From Ascidiella aspersa (Eukaryota): 64,000 nucleotides of DNA. Location: positions 10,850,001-10,914,000 of the forward strand of contig OZ004613.1 in the NCBI GenBank assembly GCA_963924565.1, in the 5' to 3' direction. The number at the start of each line of letters is the position of its first letter. Position 1 is the first letter of the stretch. A program made the position numbers and the translations under genes. A model generated the notes under the pieces. That model did no database searches and was not told the DNA's origin. It saw nothing but the letters and a program-made list of their open reading frames with translations. Below, piece after piece: positions 24,101 to 33,445 of this stretch.

Positions 24101-27100
24101 CGACCGACATCGACAAGACGCAGAACAGCGGCGAAAGCTCGCCGGAAAAAAGCCTTCAACTCCCGGCAGACGACAACGACGACCTTTTACCTTCCCTGGA
24201 CGACGCCTTCTACACGAAGCAAGGCAAGCAGTCCACACGTCACCAGTCGCACTCGATCGAGCCGCCAATCAGCGCGCAGCCAAACGGCATCGCCCGCACC
24301 AGGAGCCAATCAGATTCGTTCAAGCAGAATCTCAGCACCTCGCCGGCCAATAGCCTGGCCTCGTCAAGCACTTCGCTTTCGGTTCCCGGCGACATCGGCT
24401 CCCTGCCTCCGTCGCCCTCTCGTGTCCGGCCCAACGTGAACCCGGACAAGCGACGTCACAAGGGCGCAGCCAAGCGGAACGTGCTGGCCAAGAGCCTCTC
24501 GAAGAGCCTGGATTCGCTTTCCGGCGGGAAGACTGGCGGCGACCAAGTGGAAGAGGAAAGCAAGCTGCGGAAAGTTAAGGAGCTGGCCGCTGAAAGGGTT
24601 GGTATTTTTTTTAACTTATAAAAATCTAAAAATTAAATAAAAAATTTCTAACTTATAAATCATTAAAATTAATAAAAGAATATGAAGTATTTTGGAAAAT
24701 AATGGTTGAAGGTTGTAGTAAAACGTATTAAAAATATCAAAGCTCATACAGAAGACTTTTATTTTAAGACATAGAATTTAGTATTAACGGCAAGGGAGTT
24801 TCCTTCTTACATGAATTTTAAAGGTTTCGAATAACTCTTTAATATAACGAAAATGAATAAAGAGTTATTCGAAAAGTTCAAAATACACCTACTTCTGTAT
24901 GGGTTTTGATATTCCTAATATGATCTATAAATTGAACTTCTTGTAATTGTATTAAGATATCCCCTTGCCGTTAATACTTAATCCTGTGTCCTAAAATATA
25001 AGCGACTAGTTTTAACACTGTTCTAAAAGTAATGACTGATTACGACGTTCTTGGCGGACTAGTATGTACCTTTTATCTTATAAATTCGATGTCTGTGAAA
25101 ATGCAAGAAAATATTTGCAAAAGTTCGTTTTTGTTTTGCTTTGTTGTCGCCAAGTAAAGATTAGAAAAATCTGACTATACTATTGTGTTGTTAAACCAAT
25201 CGAAAAAAGGTGGGCAACATTGTACTTTACTGTATTATTATAAGAGAAGGTTTACATATATAAGTAAAATTCTCCGACCTTACAAAGATATAGTCAACTT
25301 GGGCCTGAATAATTCCAAAATTAGTTGGTACGTCAAGTTAAATGTCTTTAAAAGCAGTGTGAAAAGTTGAAAAGCATTTTCGGCCTTACTGTATTACTGT
25401 CCGGTAGGCTCGAAATGCTAACAACGGAGGATTTACAATGTTTTAGTCACAAAGGTTTACAAAAATTCCGACTTTGCAATGTGCCGTCAAGTAAGGCAAC
25501 ACAAGGAATAAAAAAAACACTTTATTATGTTTTTTTTAGTTAATTGTCTAAAATAAGAAATAAAAAACTCTTCGATTACGCACCAGGCCAAGGACATTCG
25601 GATGCGGCAAGCCTCCTCGGTTTCCAGTTCTCCTCAAATCCGCGTCGAAACCCCTCCGTCCTCTCCTGCTCCTCTCATCCCGGAGGAGTCGGAGGTTGAG
25701 ATCCGCGAGCAGCCGAGGACCTTCTCCTCCGCAACCGCCAGCGCGCTCGCCAACATCTTCACGAGCAAGAAGAAACGCAAGAAGAGAAAGTCGACCGTGA
25801 ACGTCGCGCAGAGCGAGTTCTTTATCCGACCCCAGGCCTCCGACGTCGAATCTTTGTGAGTTTTTTTGTTGTTGATTTTTCAGATATTTTTCGTTGTCAA
25901 CCGTGTGTATGACAGCAGTGGTAAAAAAACTGAGTTCAACCTTTGAGTTTTTTTAATAGTCCTTGTTTTTAGCCGTGTGTATGATAGCAGTAGTAAAAAC
26001 TGTGAGTTTTTGTATGTTTTTTTCATTTGTTTACGTTGTCAACCGTGTGTTTGATGGCAGTGGTAAAAAAATAAGTTTAATATTTGTGAGTTTTTTTTTT
26101 TTAATAGTTCTTGTTGTCAACCGTGTGTATGATGGCAGTGTTGTTGGACAACAGGGCCTTTTCTGCTCTTTTGAAGTTATATAGGAAAAAAAATATTAGG
26201 CTTTTTTGGTTTTCCGAAATTAGGCTGGATTTTAAGATCCTGGTATTTTTTGCTGTGTGTGTTTCGCCCGAAATGGAATATACAATGTTCTGGATTGTCT
26301 TAAGTTACATAACAATTACTCGTCAAGGTCTTCTTGTTTTTTCTAAATTAGTATAGAATGGAAACTAACGAATAAATCAAAATTAAATAAAATCATAAGC
26401 ATAAAATATCAGCAAACAATTAGTTTAATCAAAATTGGATTTTAATTTTTTATAAAAACTGCTCTGCCCATAGCTTTGTTAGAACATCATAGAAACCGTT
26501 CAAACCTTCAAATCTTGATTTATTTGTCCAAAGCTCCATAAAATGTAAAGAAAATCCGTTCATTTGTTTTCAGAAGCGACAGAGAGGGTCCCGCCTCACT
26601 GAAGCCTGGTCAAGGAATGACCCACGCTTCGTCCAGTCCTTCCCTTACTACTCTCTCCACAAACCAGGTAAAATAACAGCGTTTATTTTTTACCGCAATT
26701 TAAGCAGTGTCGCAGAAATTTTATTAAAATAAAGCTTTTGTCAGTCATTTGAGCCATCCATTCACCCATCATGCTGCACAATATCGTACAAAAATGTATT
26801 CATGAGCAGGGCTGCACCTTTAACATTAACCCGATTCTGACCCTGGCAAAAATAACCCCGAGTCCGACTCCCGAGTTCGGCTGCGACTCTATCCTTTATT
26901 TCCGCCAATTCAATTTACGTTACTAAGTAGGTGGATATTCATAAAAGTGACATATATTTCATCCACCCGCAATACATGGTTAAAAAATATCCACCCAAGG
27001 CCGGCTCCAGCAAAACAATGGACTCCGTCGAGTCCGACTCCTTAGCCCTGTTCATGAATTTAGTTAGATTAAATGTATAAAAAACTTTTAATCATATTTT

Positions 27101-30100
27101 AAACTAAACTCGCTTACTCGTTTCAGGCGAGTCCTAGCTCTCCTCGACGTGACGCGGCCGGAAGACCAAAACGCATATCCCCGGGGGATTCCCCTAGAAG
27201 GGCATGTAAGTAGAAAAAAGTTTGCCGGTCAATTTTATTTTTGGTTTTGGCGAAGTTAGGACCAAATCGTAATTTTAAGGTGTAAGAAAATTATCGCAAA
27301 GCCTATTCAAAAGCACGAAGCGTCCTTGAATAAAACATCAGTTTAGTCTGTGTTTGGGTGTTGTCATGATAATAAGTAAAAAAATGTTGTTTTTCTAAAC
27401 TAAAGAAATTTCATTACACTTTTTGATGCGTTTGGGGATATTTTTTGTCAAATTATTTTATTCGAAATTAGATGATATATTAATAACAAATTCGTCACGT
27501 TCATCTTGTTTTTCAGACTTTAATAGTTTTACCCCTTAATTTTTGTCACTATTTGGTTTTTTTCTTACAAGATAAAATTCAGTGTTGTTAATGGTAACCC
27601 TAATAACGTTCTTTCGGTTCACGCTTTAAAATAGAAATTCCTTTATTCCATATTGAACCTGTACACAAGGGAGAAAAGCATTCTGAATTTTTGTACGTCA
27701 AACCATGCATAAAAATTTAAGAAGCTCACCAATAGAGAAAAAAGTGTAATCGAAAACGATTTGAAATATCTCTCGGCACTATTAGGCGTTAGAAACGAAA
27801 CACGGGTAGTGGAAAATCTAACTTTTTAAGCCTGTGGCATATTTAAAATATAAACAAAAAAAATTGCGGCATACTTTTACTAAACCATAGAGTTATAAAC
27901 AAAACATTTACCCTCTACTTACACGGCAATATACTGCAATTGTAATTGTCTTTGTTGTTGAGTCATACTACAGCAAAGAAACGCTTGACATTGCAATCCT
28001 AGCATATTCCACAAATTTAAACAACTTTTGAACACTCAAAAAATAAACACAACCGGTATTTACAATTTTTGCGTAAATTGCACCGTGACATAACAGCAAA
28101 CCACAAACGTTTTTAAGAACGGTTGGCCTAGACTCTAGAGTAGGGGTTTTTAACCAGGGGTACGTGTACGAAGCACCAAAGCAGGGGGTACGACCTGTAG
28201 TGTAAATTATGCGCTATTTAGGCATATTTGTGAAGAATGCGTAATTTACGAAAAGCAACAACAAAAAAGTAAATTGACTGATTGTTTGTGTGTTGTAAAT
28301 ATTGTTGAACTTACAAGACTGTTTTTAATGCATGCATTCAACACGTAAGTTATTAGTACATTGAGTTTAATTCCTATTATTACAATTTTATTTACTCCCG
28401 TCGACCATTGTAGACAGGGGGTACGAGAAAATTTCATAAAAACTAAAAATGGTACGAGCGCTAAAAAGGTTAAGTAAAACTAGTCTAGAGCAGTGCTCTT
28501 CAACCTTTTTTGGTTCGATGAACCCTTATAGTTGTTGTGATGAGCTCATGCACCCTGTTTGCTTAAAAACTAAACTGAGGTAAGAAGCGATATAAAAATC
28601 ATTATGCATATCAATATCATCGTATTAATTCAACCGAGCAGAGCTGCCGAAGTTTTACACACTGTCGGTGAGAGTTTGATTTTGTCTGCAGGCTGCTTGC
28701 GAGTACTAGTTCATGTCATAAAACAGCATTCAATTTCAAATATTAATGGTTCATTTAAAGTTTGTGATGCACCCTTGTATACCTTTTCGTATTGGTGCAC
28801 CCCATGCTTATTTTGGTGCATCCTAGGGTGCACCGTCCACACCGGTTGAAAAGCACTGGTCTAGAGCGACGCGAAAACGACAAGCTTATTGCGCTAAACC
28901 TAAAAAAACATGAAAACACAGCATTTATGTCCCAGCTTCCCCGATTCCCGACTCATCTGAGGCGCAAGAGGCGGCCGCCGCTCTCAGCAAAGAGCTCAAC
29001 GAAAAGCGAGGCATCGACGAGCTCTTCAGCGCTATAAAGCGAGCGGACGTGGACATCCGCGGCGTGGAGCGGCGCGTCACCTTGCGGAGGAAGATGACCG
29101 TCCTCCATCGCGATCCACTGAAGAATGAGAAGATGCTTAAGAAGAGAGCGCTCCAGCGGGAGCTAAAGGTGATGTTTACGAGGAGGAAGAAATTTTTGCT
29201 TTGTAACAGTGATTCTCAAACTTTCATGGCTTACGTCAAGCCTTAAAATAATAAATAGATTTTCGGCACCCCGACTGAAATTTTTGTTCTATTTTTCTGA
29301 AATGTCACTATAACTGGAATTAGAAATAACACAATCAACTTGAAGCATGTAGGAAAATGTCATTTGATATAATCGTGTCTAATCGTGCACAAATAGTTGT
29401 ATCATGAAGCTTACAAAGCAAAAATCAGATTCCTAAAAATTCTTAAATACCTTTCGGCACTCTTGAGCATTTAAAAAGGCACACCAGGGCGCGCCGCGGC
29501 ACCCCCGTTGAGAATCACTGCTTTGTAACTTCATCAACCTATTCCTTTACTCTATCGCAATCTTATGCTGATATATATAAGGGTGTATCTTTATGGAATC
29601 CACAACCATTGGCAGCAGGTTTCTGCTTGTCGATCACTGTTCCGTTGACGCGTATGTAAACAATACAACTCAAAGTTTAAAAACCAGAGTAAAATCAGGA
29701 TCAGACATTTTTTTAAAAGGAATATATATTTCGCCAATACTGGCATCGTCAGTTCCTTAATTCGAACGAGTATCTTAATTGACCGATGATGTATTTAGAA
29801 GCGAAATATATTTATGATGAAACATTCAAACAAACTGATTTGCGATTCGCTGAGTCCCATGCTCAGTTTATTCTTTACCATTGATGTGCAACCAGAATCC
29901 TTTGTTTTTCACAGTTCGGATTTAGGCAGATCTTGTTATTCGACAGAAAAATCTGAAAGCTAAACACATTAATCTAAAACTAACTTGCCTTCTATACTCA
30001 GGCAAAGGAGTTGGAGCTTGAATATTACCAGGAGATCCTCAGCACTTCGGTCCTCACCTCAGAGCTCTTGCACGACTGGATCAACCAACATCCGTCGCTC

Positions 30101-30556
30101 GTCGCCGACATGACCACCATCCGTCGCATGTCCGGTAAACGGCGCCCTCGCGCGGACTCGAAAAGCTCGGACGATCGGCCGCCAGGTGGCGACGGGGATA
30201 CCTCGTCCGAGGCCAGCGTTTCGCTTTCAAAGGAGCCGAACGACAATCTAGCCGCGGCGGAGCGTAATCTAAACAACAACAACAACAACAATGTGATAGT
30301 GAAGCGCGCGTCGGCGCACCGCCAGGACATCAGCAGAAACCGGCCGCGCTCTTGGGCCATGAACAACGGCCATTCGGGCGACTTTGGCGAGCAGGATCGC
30401 GATCGGCCGGGTTCGGGCGCCCGAAATCCCGCCAAACGCATGTCGTCGTCCCCGATCAAATCGGACCGGCTTCGATCGCACGCACGAAAAATCGCTTCGC
30501 ACCGGCCGATGAGCGCCCACGCCGACGCGGCGCCTTACTTGGAGACCGACCTCTGA
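110..30556 (+). CDS. cnk: Connector enhancer of KSR (CNK/CNKSR2-3-like) scaffold protein, 5'-partial, ~18 exons, ~1250 aa in window
   Basis: Phase-consistent GT-AG exons: 110-322, 1274-1600, 2164-2373, 2927-3117, 3433-3635, 3909-4113, 4652-4733, 17118-17163, 18572-18607, 19612-19651, 22043-22278, 23333-23516, 24044-24597, 25587-25855, 26574-26667, 27127-27205, 28936-29168, 30002-30556. They total 3757 nt and are open to TGA. [21 protein letters not shown] is the CNKSR2/IPCEF1 PH-domain signature. The expected N-terminal SAM/CRIC/PDZ exons lie outside the window. The small exons at 17-20 kb are less certain. Confidence 0.9.
1736..1962. mobile_element. Partial, decayed copy of the 29207 MITE family
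   Basis: GCAAAAATCAGATT...AAATAC..TTTGGCAC.CTTGAG...GGCAC.CCAG...GAACCACTG matches the 3' half of 29207-29520. The left end is uncertain. Confidence 0.6.
7831..8217. mobile_element. hAT-type MITE, CAGGG(T/C)TGCGGA TIR family, copy 1
   Basis: CAGGGCTGCGGATTCGG ... CCGACTCCGCAACCCTG, with GACTCC/GAGTC subterminal repeats. The interior is shared with 26807-27050 and 33142-33220. TSD is degenerate. Confidence 0.75.
9270..9283 (+). other. Candidate alternative first coding exon end (ATG GAG GA|GTAAGT) of CNK
   Basis: Perfect GTAAGT donor in phase 2, compatible with the acceptor at 17118; CpG-rich stretch upstream. Confidence 0.45.
20921..21256. mobile_element. hAT-type MITE (CAGGGGTTCTTAAACT TIR)
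   Basis: TIR CAGGGGTTCTTAAACT / AGTTTAAGAACCCCTG; TSD CTCAATAC/CTCTATAC. Confidence 0.88.
21566..21965. repeat. Degenerate ~145-bp tandem repeat, 3 copies
   Basis: Recurrent TTTTGTGC...CACAT(T/A)AA.TG.AATAT...ACCTC...CAATG.ATCC...AACAAC blocks starting near 21566, 21711 and 21855. Confidence 0.8.
22043..23516 (+). CDS. cnk: PH-domain exons of the CNK gene (22043-22278 and 23333-23516)
   Basis: [26 protein letters not shown]...KWSKRWVVIKEGGVYCY...AESYISLPGYK|VAPAMECKRKLAFRITHPKRKTFFFAAERQMDMSKWMNKMALAS, joined by a canonical phase-0 intron. Confidence 0.95.
24686..24998. repeat. Cluster of inverted repeats containing two copies of the dispersed CTTCTGTATGGGCTTTGATATT family
   Basis: Pairs 24733-24754/24892-24913, 24760-24797/24961-24998 and a perfect 17-bp pair 24825-24841/24858-24874. 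Other family copies lie at ~541, 2531, 23689 and 52451. Confidence 0.8.
25853..26140. repeat. Degenerate ~70-75-bp tandem repeat, 4 copies, at an intron 5' end
   Basis: CCGTGTGT(A/T)TGA(C/T)(A/G)GCAGT at ~25900, 25973, 26043 and 26121, interspersed with TGAGTTTTT. Confidence 0.85.
26807..27050. mobile_element. hAT-type MITE, same family as 7831-8217
   Basis: CAGGGCT...AGCCCTG ends; 8-bp TSD TTCATGAG/TTCATGAA. Confidence 0.8.
28141..28482. mobile_element. hAT-type MITE (TAGGGGTTTTTAACC TIR)
   Basis: Imperfect TIR TAGGGGTTTTTAACC / GGTTAAGTAAAACTA; TSD CTCTAGAG/GTCTAGAG. Confidence 0.75.
28491..28858. mobile_element. hAT-type MITE (CAGTGCTYTTCAACC TIR)
   Basis: TIR CAGTGCTCTTCAACC / GGTTGAAAAGCACTG; perfect TSD GTCTAGAG at 28483-28490 and 28859-28866. 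Confidence 0.9.
28936..30556 (+). CDS. cnk: C-terminal exons of CNK: CRAC/cytohesin-binding-type region and class I PDZ-binding motif
   Basis: IDELFSAIKRADVDI...RDPLKNEKMLKKRALQRELK|AKELELEYYQEILSTSVLTSELLHDW resembles the conserved CNKSR/IPCEF1 C-terminal helix. The protein ends YLETDL-stop. Confidence 0.85.
29207..29520. mobile_element. hAT-type MITE (CAGTGATTCTCAA TIR)
   Basis: TIR CAGTGATTCTCAA / TTGAGAATCACTG; perfect TSD CTTTGTAA. Confidence 0.92.
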
Positions 30557-30769
30557 TTCTGATTGGAAAGTAGCCTTTCCGCTGCAGGAGAAAGGAGCTC
30601 TGACGGTTGGCATTTATCTTGATCAAAACCTCTGTTTTTGAAGTACGCCTATAGTATTGAAATATACATAAATCCTAGAATACTTAAAAAAGGTACGCCA
30701 ACCTCTGTTATTATGACCTCGGATTTTGTTCTGATGCCTGTTAATTTCCATTGCTGTGTTCCTATATAC

Positions 30770-31036
30770 CAGTGATTCCTAACCTTTTATGGCTTACGGC
30801 ATCTCTCAAAATTAATAAATAGATTTGCGGCACCCCGACTGGAATTTTCGCTGAATACTTTATTGAAATGTCACTATAAATGGAACTGAAATCAAATTAA
30901 AACATGCAGGAAAATATCATTATCGTCGAGATGCTTACCAATTACGTAAAAATCAGTTTCTTAAAATTCTCAAATACCTATCGAGCATTAGAAATGACAC
31001 ACCAGGGCGCAGCGGCACCCTCGGTGAGAACCACTG
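30770..31036. mobile_element. Second copy of the 29207 MITE family, in the probable CNK 3' UTR
   Basis: Colinear with 29207-29520; perfect TSD CTATATAC. Confidence 0.9.
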
Positions 31037-33445
31037 CTATATACAGTATATATTTTTGTTCGAATGCTTACCTTGTTGTCAAAACACTTTGTCGCGGTAT
31101 ATATGCGCATCGACTAAACGTCGTCGTATTTTTTTGTTTGGTGCAAAAACATCGCCGTACGGCAAAATACGTCCAACTTTTTTTGCGATTTGTTCTAACA
31201 TATTAATGTGATCGTTTCCGTCCCAACATTTCCTGAGCGGTAGAACGCGCGCGTTGCCTTTTTCTTCAGTGTTCGTCCACTCTCTCCCCTTCTCTCTTTG
31301 ACTAGCTTTAGTTGTTTTTTCGTAGAATGGCTTATCGTGTACAATTTAGCGCCGTATGCAAGAAATGGCGCTGTACGCTTATTTTCTGTCGATCTGCCCC
31401 TATATTTTGTTCCTAACCTGCGATATTTAAAAAAACGTAGCCTGAAAAACAACAAGCTTGTAAAACCTTTAGAAAACGCCATATGAGCAGATAAAAATGC
31501 CTGTAGGGAACTTAGCTTACTATGCAAAATAATAACACTTAATGTTCAAGAATTTAACGTGATTTTTTTACTCCTACCAAATAGCTCTGTTAAACGGAAC
31601 GGTGTTTTTCCCAATTTTTATGACAAATACTTGTTTTCTATTCCCTCCTGTACTCGTGTCACCCATTCAATTTGCTTTTTTTTAAAACCTTGAAGTATTT
31701 TAACGCGGCTTGTCGCGCGGACAAAATCCGGCAGCAGTTTTTTGCCAAAACTTTGCACAGAGTAAACCAAACATCTATAGACGTCGACGATTTCTTATTT
31801 TTGTGCGTTGCGTTTATTTTTCGAGTTAGTCGGTCACTTGCGACCGACGAGCTTTCTGTTCACTGACTCAGCCCGCACGTCAAAATATACTCACTAATGG
31901 TCCACGCATTCCAATCAAATAACACCCAATACTTTCGTTTCCAAATAACCCTTTTAACAGTTTGTACCTTTTAACGATTTTCCAACTCCGTGTCCGTATT
32001 CACTTTTCCCTACAAAAAGTACGTCTTACGTTGACAATATATTATAATCAAGTCTGTATGATTTTTAATCTTAAAATGAAGAATCGACGTTCATTGATGT
32101 TGTCCGAAATCACTAGTTCCCGTCATTTTCGTGCTGGCGCGGTTCAGCTCCTTTTGTTATTTATGTCAGTGCAATGTTGAACAACGGTACGTCGACGGCG
32201 TGACAATAAAATTGCACTTTAAATGCGGTTTGCTGCAGTTGCACGGTTTTGATAGCGTCGTAACCTCAAGTGTATCTTGGGATTAACAAAATGCATTGCG
32301 TTTCGCTTATGATAATCTAAAAATGGTATTTTTGTTTGACTTTAACAAACAACGATGTTTTAAGCAAATCTTTAGTTTATTTAAGCTGTATTTTGGGTGT
32401 TTACACAGATGGAGAAAAACGTTGATCACTATCGGTAAGCCGTTATTAATGTCTTACTGAAGAAAAAAACAAATTCTGTGATAGTACCATTTTTTTTAGG
32501 CTTTTGTCAAATATATTTTCACATATCAAATTAATTTCATTACTGACAGTGAAAGTAAAACAACCAGAACATTCGATAAATATACACATTCAGCTTTTTT
32601 AAATGCTTCAGGATTAACTCTTGCAATCCTCTAAACTTTGGATTAGAGTTAATTAATGTTCATTTCTTTCCAGGCAAAATCACGAAAAAGCGAAAAAGCA
32701 TTCTGGCAAGCTCTTTTATGTTGTATAAATTATATCAATACAACCCCATGAATACTTTTCAATAAGCCGGCACGAGAAGTCTGTGTTTCGCAGGTTCCCT
32801 ATAAAGCAGGGGTGCATATTGGTTAAAACAACCCGAGGCCCACCGCCACCGAAATACCCAGTATCCACTCATGGTGGTCTAGGGCATCTTTTGTATTGCC
32901 GACTACTAAATTGTACTGCTAGCTTGTTTAACTTATTCCATATCAGAATGTCGCTGAGTATTAGGGAAATAAGACCAGGGTTGTATGTTCTGGCCTATAG
33001 GCGAGAGACGGTGCGGTCTCTGTCTAAGACGTTAGATACAGAAGCATGTAAGTAGATACGCGAGGTAGGCGATATGTGGAATATAACAGGAATATAGTAG
33101 GTCAGACAAAGTAACCGCAAGACAGATGTAGAGAGTCGCTACAGGGGTGTCATATAACTCATCCACCCCACAATACGTGATTGAAACATATTCCACCATA
33201 TGTTATTCCCTTTTTACAATCAAGAGTGTGGTCTTGTTGGCTTCGAATGTAGGGACTGATAGTATAAACTGATAAATGCCCGCGCTTTACGACTTCTTTA
33301 TAAACGTTACACACTTGTATAAATTGTCAGACATTAAATCGAAAACCACAATTGGAATCAATTACAAATGAAATAATGCCTATAGCAGCAGTTACAGCAT
33401 ATTAGTTATACACTTGTATTAGGGACTTGGCTTAAACGATGGAAC

